Origin: a virus
Lineage: Duplodnaviria > Caudoviricetes
Strand: one strand, 5' to 3'
Length of the DNA: 27,814 nucleotides
IMG/VR virus record: IMGVR_UViG_3300047295_000151
Coordinates: 1-27,814 of that record
Shown here piece after piece: positions 7,047-15,322 of this stretch. The first letter of the stretch is position 1; every line of letters begins with the position of its first letter. The position numbers were made by a program, and so were the translations under genes. The notes under the pieces are model-generated. The model saw only the letters and a list, made by a program, of their open reading frames with translations. It was not told where the DNA came from and made no database searches.

Positions 7047-8632
7047 TGCTGCTGAGTCGCTGGTTCGGATCAAGCGGCCGCGGCATTCGGGCCGACAGTT
7101 ACGACCGGTCGGTCTATGGGCAGTTCTGGTTCGAGCCGGTGGGCCTGCGCTCGCTCACGGGTCAGCGTGTCACGCCGGCGGCCGCCCTGACGCTGCCCAC
7201 CGTGTTTGCCTGTGTGCGGGTGCTGGCAGAGAGCTTCTCAGTCATGCCCTTCGTGCTGTACCGCCAGGGCAGCCCGAGAACCAAGGTGGTCGCCCATTGG
7301 TTGCACCGCCTGTTCACCCGGTCGCCCAACCGCTACCAGACGCCGTTCGAGTGGCGCCTGATGCTGATGGGCCACCTGGCGCTGCGCGGCAATGCCTACT
7401 GCCAGATCACCGCCAACGGCCGGGGTGAGATCACCGAGCTGCTGCCCTTGCACCCGGACAGGATGCAGATCGAGTTGCTGCCCGACGGCAACTACCGTTA
7501 CAAGTACAACGCCCTGGACGGGCAGACGATCCGCTATGCCCGCCAAGACGTCTGGCACCTGCGCGGGCTGAGCAGTGACGGCGTCGTGGGCATGAGTCCG
7601 ATCGACCTGGCTCGCGAGGCCATCGGCGAAGGCTTGGCGATGCAGAGCTACTCGGCCCGCTTCTTCGCCAACGACACCCGCCCAGGCGGCTGGGTGGAGT
7701 ACCCGGGCAGTTTTGCGGACAAGGCCGCCCGCCAGGTGTTCAAGGAGTCCTGGCAGGAGAGCTACGGCGGGCCCAACGTGCGCAAGGTGGCGGTGCTGGA
7801 AAAGGGGATGAAGTATCACGAGCTGGCGCTGAACAACTCGGACGCCCAGTTCATCGAGGCGCGTGGCTACAAGGTGCCGGAGATCTGCCGGCTCTTCCGG
7901 GTGCCGCCGCACAAGGTGGCCGATCTCTCCAGAGCCACCTTCAGCAACATCGAGAGCCAGAGCATCGAGTTCTGGACCGACACGATGCTGCCCTGGGCCG
8001 AGTGTTGGGAGTCGAGCATTGAGTGCTTCCTGCTGGGGGAGGACACCGATCTGGAAGTCGAGTTCGACATGCGCCGCCTGATGCGCGGCGACTCGGCCAG
8101 CCGCACGGCGTACTACCAGGGCGGCATCCAGTCGGGCTGGCTCACGCGCAACGAGGCGCGCGAGGCGGAAGGGTACGACCCGCTGGACGGCTTGGACGAG
8201 CCGCTGACCCCGCTGAACATGGTCGAAGGTGGCCGAAGTGAGGCCGCGGATGATGAGGACGACGAGGAAGCCGAAGGCGGCGGGACAGGCACTGAGGATG
8301 AGAGCGACGGCCAGCCGCGGCTGCGCGCAACCCCAGCACTTTCTGATGACCGTTTCCGGCTGCACGCCATCCTCACTGCCGGTGCGGAGCGCCTCGCACG
8401 CCGCGCTGCCGCGGCCTTGGCTAGGAAGCCGCCTGATCAAGTGTTCGACGACGGCTTCGCCGACCTGATGGCCGAAGCGCTGGGCATGGACGCCGGCCTT
8501 GCCCGGCAGACCTGCTCCGAACTGGCGCACGCGGCCGATGGACGGGCCCTGACCGAAGAGCAGATCGCGCTGGCCCTGATGGTCGGCGCGACCTACACGC
8601 ATTCCCCCCAAGGAGGGCGCAATGAAAGGTGA
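7046..8632 (+). CDS. Portal protein, HK97 family, with C-terminal extension
   Basis: VFACVRVLAES, PNRYQT, LRGNAY, GMSPI, EICRLFRVPPHKV, ATFSNIE, LTRNEAR...PLNM motifs. Confidence 0.96.
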   Translation: MLLSRWFGSSGRGIRADSYDRSVYGQFWFEPVGLRSLTGQRVTPAAALTLPTVFACVRVLAESFSVMPFVLYRQGSPRTKVVAHWLHRLFTRSPNRYQTPFEWRLMLMGHLALRGNAYCQITANGRGEITELLPLHPDRMQIELLPDGNYRYKYNALDGQTIRYARQDVWHLRGLSSDGVVGMSPIDLAREAIGEGLAMQSYSARFFANDTRPGGWVEYPGSFADKAARQVFKESWQESYGGPNVRKVAVLEKGMKYHELALNNSDAQFIEARGYKVPEICRLFRVPPHKVADLSRATFSNIESQSIEFWTDTMLPWAECWESSIECFLLGEDTDLEVEFDMRRLMRGDSASRTAYYQGGIQSGWLTRNEAREAEGYDPLDGLDEPLTPLNMVEGGRSEAADDEDDEEAEGGGTGTEDESDGQPRLRATPALSDDRFRLHAILTAGAERLARRAAAALARKPPDQVFDDGFADLMAEALGMDAGLARQTCSELAHAADGRALTEEQIALALMVGATYTHSPQGGRNER

Positions 8633-9575
8633 GTTCCTGATTGCCGACCTGCTGGCCACGCCCTGGGCGCTGCGTCGGGAAGTGCTGGCCAGCCACATGC
8701 AAATCCTCTCGCGCTGGTTCGATCGCAGCGGTGCGGCGCCGCCAGCACTCTGCATAGCCGATGCTGACCGCCCCAATGCGTTTGAAGCACGGCGCCGCGA
8801 GTCGAACGCCCGAGTCGGCGCCGTCGGCGGCGGTGGCATCGCCGTCATCCCCGTTGTGGGCACCATCACCCAGCGCGCTGGGATGATGACCGAATGGTGC
8901 GGCGGCACCAGCACGCAGCAGATCAGCGCCGCCTTGGCCGAGGCACTGCGCGATGACGCCATCGGCCAGATCCTGATGGAGTTCGACACCCCTGGCGGGT
9001 CGGTCTTTGGGGTGGCTGAGCTGTGCGACGAGATCCGCGACGCCAATCAGACCAAGCCCGTCATCGGGCTGGCCAACAGCCTGAGCGCCAGCGCCGGCTA
9101 CTGGATGATGAGCCAGTGCGCCGAGGCCTACGTCACCCCAGGCGGCGAAGTGGGCTCGATCGGCGTGTGGATGGCTCACGAGGACTGGTCCAAAGCCCTG
9201 GCGGAATCGGGAGTGGTGACCACCATGGTCTCGGCCGGCAAGTTCAAGGTCGAGGGCAACCCCTACGAGCCGCTGGACGACGAAGCCCGCGCCTTCATGC
9301 AGTCGCGCGTGGACGACTACTACGGCGCGTTCGTCAAGGCCGTGGCCCGCGGGCGTGGCGTGGGTGTGCAGCAGGTACGTGACGGCATGGGTCAAGGCCG
9401 GGTGCTGGGCGCCGAGCAGGCCAAGGCCAGCGGCATGGTCGATGACATCCTGCCGCTGGTCGAGGTGGTGCGCCGCATGCAGCGCAATGCGCGATCGGCC
9501 ACTACCCGCAACACCACTCAACGGGGTCGCAGCGCCCTGGCTGCTGCCCGCAACGAGCTCGAAATCTTGGGCTGA
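8622..9575 (+). CDS. Prohead protease, peptidase S49 (SppA/lambda gpC-like)
   Basis: DTPGGSV, SASAGYW, GSIGV, SAGKFK motifs; RBS AAGGAGG. Confidence 0.93.
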   Translation: MKGEFLIADLLATPWALRREVLASHMQILSRWFDRSGAAPPALCIADADRPNAFEARRRESNARVGAVGGGGIAVIPVVGTITQRAGMMTEWCGGTSTQQISAALAEALRDDAIGQILMEFDTPGGSVFGVAELCDEIRDANQTKPVIGLANSLSASAGYWMMSQCAEAYVTPGGEVGSIGVWMAHEDWSKALAESGVVTTMVSAGKFKVEGNPYEPLDDEARAFMQSRVDDYYGAFVKAVARGRGVGVQQVRDGMGQGRVLGAEQAKASGMVDDILPLVEVVRRMQRNARSATTRNTTQRGRSALAAARNELEILG

Positions 9576-9646
9576 GCACGGCCCGATCGCCCGGCGTCCA
9601 TAGACGCCTCGGCGCAGGCTCCTTCGGGCCGATGTGCATCGTCTGA

Positions 9647-9715
9647 CCTGCCTTGTGCGGGTCAATTTCCTTCTGCGCCCGCCTTGCGCGGGTCGTTTTC
9701 CTTCTGCGTCCGCCT
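9647..9715 (+). repeat. Tandem 31-bp repeat (2 copies plus the start of a third), each forming a hairpin followed by a pyrimidine tract
   Basis: CCTGCCTTGTGCGGGTCAATTTCCTTCTGCG / CCCGCCTTGCGCGGGTCGTTTTCCTTCTGCG, 27 of 31 identical. Confidence 0.85.
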
Positions 9716-9772
9716 GCAGCCCCTGGCTGCGGCGATGCGCTGCCCCGTTCCCATTTCCATTTGGAGCACCCC

Positions 9773-11113
9773 ATGTCCGCAAGACTTCGCAATCTGCAGT
9801 CGCAAAAGGCTGCCACCGTCGCCGCCATGCGCGGCATTACCGAGGCGGCCACCGCCCAAGACCGGGACCTGTCCGCCGAAGAGCAATCGGCCTTTGACAC
9901 CCACAAGACCAAGATTCACACGCTGAACGCCAGCATCGAACGCGAGCAACTGCTGGCGGTGGAAGAGGCTGGCCTGGCTGCCGCCATCCCATCAGGGCAC
10001 TCCAGCAGCGCCGTCAGCGTCGCTGCGCACTCCACCATCACGGTGGAGGACAACGCAGACAAGGACACCCGCCGCGGCTTTGCCTCCTTTGGGGACTACG
10101 CCCGGGCGGTGATGGGAGCCAGTCTGGCCACGCGCAACGGCAGCGCCATGGACCGCAGGCTCGTGCCTCTGGCGGCCGCGCCCAGCACCTTCGGTGGCGA
10201 AGGCGTCGGCGCTGACGGCGGTGTGCTGGTGCCCCCGGGCTTTTCCAGCGAGATCTTCCGCCTGTCCCTGGGCGAGGATTCCTTGCTGCCCATGACCGAC
10301 GACATGCAGATCGACGGCAACAGCATGACCATCCCCAAGGACGAGACCACGCCCTGGGGCACCAACGGCATCCGCGCCTACTGGCAAGGCGAAGCCGTCT
10401 CCGGCACGCCCACCAAGCCCGTCCTGGGCGCCATGAGCCTGCGGCTGAAGAAGTTGCTCGCCCTGGTGCCGGTGTCGGACGAACTGCTGTCGGACACCTC
10501 GGCGCTGAGCTCCTACCTGCCCGCCAAGGTGGCTGACTCCATTCGCTGGAAGACCAACGAGGCGATCCTGTTCGGCGCCGGTGCTGGAGTACCGCTGGGG
10601 GCGCTGTCGGGCAACGCGGTCGTCACGGTCGTGAAGGATGCAGGCCAGGCCGCCAACACCTTGAGCGCGACCAACCTCGCCAACATGATCGCCCGCCTGC
10701 CGCCGGGCTCGTTTCCGCGCGCGGTCTGGCTGATCAACAACGACGTGCTCCCGGCGCTGTTCACCCTGACGCTGGGCAACACCCCCATCTATCTGCCGGC
10801 TGGCGGACCCGTGGGCGGCATCGTGTCCTCGCCCTACGGCATGTTGCTTGGCCGCCCGGTGATGGTGAGCCAGCACGCCAAGTCCTTCTCCTCCGAAGGC
10901 GACGTGCTGCTGGTGGACTTGTCGTACTACCAGGCCATCACCAAGGCCGAAGGGGTGAGCACCGCCACCAGCATGCACCTGTTCTTTGATGCGGACGCGA
11001 TGGCTTTTCGGACCACGTTCCGCATGGACGGCCAACCCAAGATCGCAACAGCGATCTCCCCGGCCAACGGCAGCAACTCGCTGTCGCCCTTCGTCAAGCT
11101 CGGCGCACGCTGA
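9773..11113 (+). CDS. Major capsid protein, HK97 fold, with N-terminal scaffold (delta) domain
   Basis: RBS GGAG; N-terminal coiled coil (RDLSAEE..AFD); GGVLVP, VPVSDELLSD, LLGRPV, AFRTTFRMDG motifs. Confidence 0.95.
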   Translation: MSARLRNLQSQKAATVAAMRGITEAATAQDRDLSAEEQSAFDTHKTKIHTLNASIEREQLLAVEEAGLAAAIPSGHSSSAVSVAAHSTITVEDNADKDTRRGFASFGDYARAVMGASLATRNGSAMDRRLVPLAAAPSTFGGEGVGADGGVLVPPGFSSEIFRLSLGEDSLLPMTDDMQIDGNSMTIPKDETTPWGTNGIRAYWQGEAVSGTPTKPVLGAMSLRLKKLLALVPVSDELLSDTSALSSYLPAKVADSIRWKTNEAILFGAGAGVPLGALSGNAVVTVVKDAGQAANTLSATNLANMIARLPPGSFPRAVWLINNDVLPALFTLTLGNTPIYLPAGGPVGGIVSSPYGMLLGRPVMVSQHAKSFSSEGDVLLVDLSYYQAITKAEGVSTATSMHLFFDADAMAFRTTFRMDGQPKIATAISPANGSNSLSPFVKLGAR

Positions 11114-11139
11114 GCAGCACCCTCATCAAGGAGATTCTC

Positions 11140-11583
11140 ATGAACGTCAACATCGCCGCCGGCGAGAAGCTGGCCATCCTGGGGCGCATCAACCCGCAGA
11201 CCGTGGCGAACACCGAGGTGTTCACCGACGTGGTGGACCTGTCGCGCTTCCACCAGGCGCTGGGCATCGCACTGCTGGGCAACATGGCCGCCGAGACCAT
11301 CGACTTCAAGTGCTACACCTGCGACAGCGACGGCAGCAATGCCAGCGCGCTGAAGGCGGCCACGCAACTGGCTGCCAGCGCCACGGCCAACGACAACGCG
11401 CAGGTGGCCATCAACGTGCGTGCGGAGGACCTGCAGGCCACGTCCAAGCGCTACGTCAAGTTCGGATTGGTCACGGGAGGCGCCACGGGCGGTCCGGCCG
11501 CAGCCATTGCGCTGGGTGTGGATGCCCGCTTGGACATGGCCAGCGCCGACAACTTGGCCAGCGTGAAGCAGGTCAAGTACTGA
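11140..11583 (+). CDS. Virion protein, probable capsid decoration/cement
   Basis: Strong RBS AAGGAG; directly follows the capsid gene; beta-rich with a KRYVK motif; followed by a hairpin. Confidence 0.6.
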   Translation: MNVNIAAGEKLAILGRINPQTVANTEVFTDVVDLSRFHQALGIALLGNMAAETIDFKCYTCDSDGSNASALKAATQLAASATANDNAQVAINVRAEDLQATSKRYVKFGLVTGGATGGPAAAIALGVDARLDMASADNLASVKQVKY

Positions 11584-11609
11584 CCTCAACCCCGTCCTGA
11601 TCCTGAACC

Positions 11610-11643
11610 GTCATGGGGCTTGGCGCAAGCCAGCGCCCCTGAC
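11610..11643 (+). terminator. Stem-loop after the capsid/decoration genes
   Basis: GTCA-t-GGGGC-t-TGGC-gcaa-GCCA-gc-GCCCC-TGAC with a GNRA loop; weak U-tract. Confidence 0.5.
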
Positions 11644-11665
11644 TTCGCTTGTCAAAGGCGATGAC

Positions 11666-11887
11666 ATGAAGCGCGTACGCATCCTTCAGAGCTACTTCGA
11701 GACTGACCAGCACGGCGTGTCCCAGGAAGTGTTTCGCGCCGGGCAGCTCTGCGAGCTCAACCCCGCGACCCAGCGCCAGATCGAGCGGCGCAATGGTGAA
11801 CTCGTCGAGGAACCTGCGCCGACTGAGGTGAACAGCCCGGAACCCGCCTCGCGTGGGCGCCAGCGCAGCCGTTCGGCTGATCAGTAA
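11666..11887 (+). CDS. Hypothetical phage protein (73 aa)
   Basis: MKRVRIL...G start and charged, Pro-rich tail, typical of small genes between capsid and connector. Confidence 0.7.
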   Translation: MKRVRILQSYFETDQHGVSQEVFRAGQLCELNPATQRQIERRNGELVEEPAPTEVNSPEPASRGRQRSRSADQ

Positions 11888-11908
11888 GACCTCGCTCCGC
11901 CACCCGCC

Positions 11909-12532
11909 ATGCCGCTCACCCAGACCGTCGCACCGGCCATCGAGCCCATCACCCTGGCCGAGGCCAAGCTGCAGGCGCGCGTGATCGACAGCGCGGAGGA
12001 CGCCTTGCTGAGCCTGATGATCGGCTCGGCGCGCCGTTACGCTGAAGCGCACTGCGGACGATCCTTCATTACCCAGCAGTGGCGGCTGACGCTGGACAGT
12101 TTTCCCGGTCCTTGGGCCTTTGGGGCGCTGCACGGCAAGACGTTTTCGCTGCCCGGGCATGCGATCCAGGTGGAGCGCAGCCCGTTGCAGAGCGTGCAGG
12201 CCATCACCTACCGCGACATGCAAGGCGCCTGGCAGACCATGCCGTCCACGGACTATGTGGTGGACACCACCAGCCCGGTGGGACGCATCGTGCCGGTCTT
12301 TGGCGTCACCTGGCCCATCACCCAGCCGCAGATCGCCAGCGTACGCGTGGATTTCACCGCGGGTTATGGCGCGCTGGCCGCCGACGTGCCCGAGGGCATC
12401 CGGCAGTGGTTGCTCATCCGGGTGGCCGGTCTGTACGAGAACCGGGAAGAAGTCGCCGCGCAGCGCTACACCGTGCAGCCGGTGGCCTTCATCGACCGCC
12501 TGCTCGATCCCTATGTCGTGCAGTTGGCGTGA
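11909..12532 (+). CDS. Head-tail connector (gp6-like, phiE125 gp8 family)
   Basis: PAIEPITLAEAK, R..ITQQW.LTLD.FP, FTAGYG...DVP, LYENRE, LLDPY motifs. Confidence 0.92.
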   Translation: MPLTQTVAPAIEPITLAEAKLQARVIDSAEDALLSLMIGSARRYAEAHCGRSFITQQWRLTLDSFPGPWAFGALHGKTFSLPGHAIQVERSPLQSVQAITYRDMQGAWQTMPSTDYVVDTTSPVGRIVPVFGVTWPITQPQIASVRVDFTAGYGALAADVPEGIRQWLLIRVAGLYENREEVAAQRYTVQPVAFIDRLLDPYVVQLA

Positions 12533-12562
12533 CTGGCCTGACCCGAGACCAAGGAGCCCGCA

Positions 12563-12919
12563 ATGCGAGCCGGCAGCCTGAACCGCCGCGTGGCGATCGA
12601 GGCGCGCATCAGCGGCGCCGACACCTGGGGCCAGCCAAGCACCACCTGGTCGAGCTTGCTGTCGGGTGTGCCGGCCGCCATCGAGCCGCTCACCGGGCGC
12701 GAACTGGAACTGGCGCAGTCGCTGAACTCGGAGATCACCACCCGTATCACCGTGCGTTACCACCCGCAACTGGCCAACCCGGCCGCTGTCGCAGCGCTGC
12801 GCATCGTCTACGCCAACGCCGGCGTCACCCGCTACTTCAACGTCCAGGCAGCGCGCAACCTGGACGAGCGCAACCGCGACATCGAACTGCTGGTCAGTGA
12901 AGGCCTTAACCAAGGCTGA
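12563..12919 (+). CDS. Head closure / head-tail adaptor (SPP1 gp16-like)
   Basis: MRAGSLNRRVAI, IEPLTGRE, RITVRY motifs; RBS AAGGAG. Confidence 0.92.
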   Translation: MRAGSLNRRVAIEARISGADTWGQPSTTWSSLLSGVPAAIEPLTGRELELAQSLNSEITTRITVRYHPQLANPAAVAALRIVYANAGVTRYFNVQAARNLDERNRDIELLVSEGLNQG

Positions 12920-12946
12920 GGCCACATTCCAGGCCAGCCCCGACCC

Positions 12947-13306
12947 ATGACCGCCCTGATCCAAGACGTCCAAGCTCTGCTGACCACCGTGGCGCCGGCC
13001 GGGGGCGTCTGGTACGCCATCAACGGCACGCAACCCCCGGTCTACCCCTTCATCGTCTGGACCCGAGTGGTGAGCACCGCCAACGCCTGCCTGCACGGGC
13101 CCAGCAACCTGCAGAACACCCGCATCCAGGTCGACATCTACAGCCGGCGCATCAGCGAAGCCTCCGCGCTGGAGACGGCTGTGGAGGCGGCCTTTGCAGC
13201 CTGGGCGGTGCAGAACGTGCCCGTCAGCAGCGTGGACGGCTTTGAGGAAGAGGTGCGGGCCTACCGCATCACCAAGGACTACTCGGTCTGGAGTACCAAC
13301 CCGTGA
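12947..13306 (+). CDS. Tail terminator/completion protein (DUF3168-like)
   Basis: YPFIVW, RIQVDIYS, YR...DY.VW motifs. Confidence 0.85.
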   Translation: MTALIQDVQALLTTVAPAGGVWYAINGTQPPVYPFIVWTRVVSTANACLHGPSNLQNTRIQVDIYSRRISEASALETAVEAAFAAWAVQNVPVSSVDGFEEEVRAYRITKDYSVWSTNP

Positions 13307-13797
13307 GCTACACCACCATCCGAATCTCCGGCCTGGCCGAGCTGAACCAGGCCCTGAGCGAACTGCCCCAGCGCCTGGCGCGCAACGTCCTGCGCGGCTC
13401 GGTCGCTGCCGGCGCTGCTGTCGTCCGCCAAGAAGCGCGCCAGCGTGCGCCGCGCTACGAAGGACAGGTGGCCGCGGGCCACCCGCCACCGGGCACCCTC
13501 AAGCGAGCGATCTACTCCGCCCAGGCCCGACGCCTGTCCAGCCTGCTGCAGCAGGTCTACCAAATCGGGGTGGTCAGCGGCAAGCGAGCGAAGAGAAGCG
13601 GGCGCAAGTCCGGTCGTGCAGCCGACGCCTACTACTGGCGCTTCGTGGAGTTCGGCACCGTCAAGATGGCTGCGCGCCCCTTCCTGCGCCCGGCTTTCGA
13701 GGCCAAGAAGCTGGACGCGATTGAGGCCATCCGCGCCTACATGGCCCAGCGCATCCCGCGCGAAGTGGCGCAACTGCCCAAGGGGCCACGCTTGTAG
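13303..13797 (+). CDS. HK97 gp10-family tail morphogenesis protein
   Basis: ISGLAEL...L..L, GTLKRAI, YYWRFVEFGTVKMAARPFLRPAFE; GTGA overlap. Confidence 0.93.
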   Translation: MSYTTIRISGLAELNQALSELPQRLARNVLRGSVAAGAAVVRQEARQRAPRYEGQVAAGHPPPGTLKRAIYSAQARRLSSLLQQVYQIGVVSGKRAKRSGRKSGRAADAYYWRFVEFGTVKMAARPFLRPAFEAKKLDAIEAIRAYMAQRIPREVAQLPKGPRL

Positions 13798-13831
13798 CCC
13801 GCTCTTTAGATCCAACAACTGTTTCCCCGCC

Positions 13832-13867
13832 AGACCCGCCTGCCTCATCCGAGCTGGCGGGTCTTTT
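13832..13867 (+). terminator. Terminator-like hairpin before the tail tube gene
   Basis: AGACCCGCC (13832-13840) / GGCGGGTCT (13856-13864) followed by TTT. Confidence 0.6.
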
Positions 13868-13918
13868 CATTGAGTCCCCGGCCTGCACCGCAGCCACCCC
13901 AACCTTGGAGATCCATCC

Positions 13919-14572
13919 ATGTCCTCAACTGCAATCAGCGCACAAGGCACCACCTTGAGCATCGGCACGGGCTCCGGCAGTGCCAAGACCATCACCGGCG
14001 TCACCGTGGGCAACCCCACCGTGCTGACGTCCTCGGCCCATGGCTTCGTCAACGGTGACGTCGTCACCCTCAGCAGCGGCTTTGCCGGCACCAACGCCGC
14101 CTCGCTGAACGGCAAGACCTTCACCGTCATCTACAAGACCACCAACACCATCGCCGTGGGCCTGGACACCACCGGCCAGACCATCACGGCCGGCACCGCC
14201 ACCGCGACGCCCACCACCTTCACGCCGGTCAACAACATCAAGACCTACTCGGGCTTCGACGGCATGGCCAGCGAGCTCGACAAGACCAACCTGCAGAGCG
14301 TGGCCAAGGAATTCATGCTCGGCCTGGTGGACTTCGGCCAGTTCTCGTTCGAGTTCGACGTGGACCTGAACGACGCCGGCCAGGCTGCACTGCGCGCCCG
14401 CCAGCAAAGCAGCGCCATCGCCGATTTCCAGCTCGTGCTGCCCGGCGCCGTGGCCAACCTCACCTACGCCTGGCAGGGCTACGTCAAGAAGTTCAGCCAG
14501 ACCGGGGGTGTGGACCAGATCGTCAAGGGCTCGTGCGACATCCGCATCAGCGGCCCTGTGACCTTGACCTGA
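13919..14572 (+). CDS. Tail tube (major tail) protein
   Basis: AISAQGT.L.I, ELDKTNLQS.AKEF..GL.D.G, GYVKKFS..GGVD...G...IRISG motifs; RBS GGAG. Confidence 0.9.
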   Translation: MSSTAISAQGTTLSIGTGSGSAKTITGVTVGNPTVLTSSAHGFVNGDVVTLSSGFAGTNAASLNGKTFTVIYKTTNTIAVGLDTTGQTITAGTATATPTTFTPVNNIKTYSGFDGMASELDKTNLQSVAKEFMLGLVDFGQFSFEFDVDLNDAGQAALRARQQSSAIADFQLVLPGAVANLTYAWQGYVKKFSQTGGVDQIVKGSCDIRISGPVTLT

Positions 14573-14588
14573 GCGCAGGGAGAGCAGC

Positions 14589-14996
14589 ATGAAGAAGACC
14601 CTCAACCGCGACCAGATCGTCGCCACCAGCGACATCAAGACCGAATTCCTGGACGTCCCCGAGTGGGGCGGCACTGTGGCGCTGCGCGAACTCACGGGCG
14701 CTGAGCGCGACGCCTTCGAGGCCCAGATGGTCAAGGTGGTCAATGGCAAGCGCGAGGCGGACATGGCCAACCTGCGCGCCAAGTTGGTAGCGGCCTGCCT
14801 GGTGGACGGCGAGACCGGCGACCGGCTGTTCGATGACAAGACGGTCCACCAACTCGGCAACAAGAGTGCGGCGGCGCTGGACCGCCTGTTCCGGGCTGCG
14901 CAACGCATGAACGGCATGGACGGTCCGGATGGTGGGGTGCAGGAGCAGCAAAAAAACTCCAGCGCCGCCCCGAGCGGCAGTTCTACCTCCGACTGA
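14589..14996 (+). CDS. Tail assembly chaperone (gpG-like)
   Basis: VPEWGGTV.LRELTGAERD.FE; lies between tube and tape measure; ends shortly after QKN at a slippery site. Confidence 0.9.
   Translation: MKKTLNRDQIVATSDIKTEFLDVPEWGGTVALRELTGAERDAFEAQMVKVVNGKREADMANLRAKLVAACLVDGETGDRLFDDKTVHQLGNKSAAALDRLFRAAQRMNGMDGPDGGVQEQQKNSSAAPSGSSTSD
14951..14957 (+). promoter_or_regulatory. -1 programmed ribosomal frameshift heptamer A AAA AAC
   Basis: CAA AAA AAC in the gpG frame; the -1 frame stays open (LQRRPERQFYLRLSLALG...) to 15322. Confidence 0.88.
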
Positions 14997-15322
14997 GCCT
15001 GGCCCTCGGGATCCCAGTGGGCGAGATGCTGCAGCGGATGACTTCCAGCGAACTGGCCGAGTACATGGCTTACGACCACTTCGAGCCTATTGGGGAGGCG
15101 CGTGCGGATCTGCGCGCCGGGATTCTGGCCAGCACCTTTGTCAACCACAGCGCCAGCCCGCCGCGCAGGCCCGTCAAGCCCGTGGAATTCATGCCCTTTG
15201 CCCGGGCCTGGGCCGCAAATGGCGAGGCGATCAAGCTCACCGACCCTGACGAGCACGCAAAGCTCCTGGCCAAGACGCTGTTCGGTGACCGGGTCACGCG
15301 CTGCGTGAAGGAGAACAACTGA
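14957..15322 (+). CDS. Tail assembly chaperone T segment (C-terminal part of the gpGT frameshift product, DUF4035-like)
   Basis: F.LRL.LALG..V.EM..RM.SSEL.E..AY...EP.G..R.DLR.G motif; stop overlaps the tape measure ATG. Confidence 0.87.
   Translation, partial: LQRRPERQFYLRLSLALGIPVGEMLQRMTSSELAEYMAYDHFEPIGEARADLRAGILASTFVNHSASPPRRPVKPVEFMPFARAWAANGEAIKLTDPDEHAKLLAKTLFGDRVTRCVKENN

Noticed and set aside
9647-9715. 31-bp palindromic repeats as a mini-CRISPR array
   Set aside because: Repeats are directly adjacent with no spacers, and there are no cas genes.
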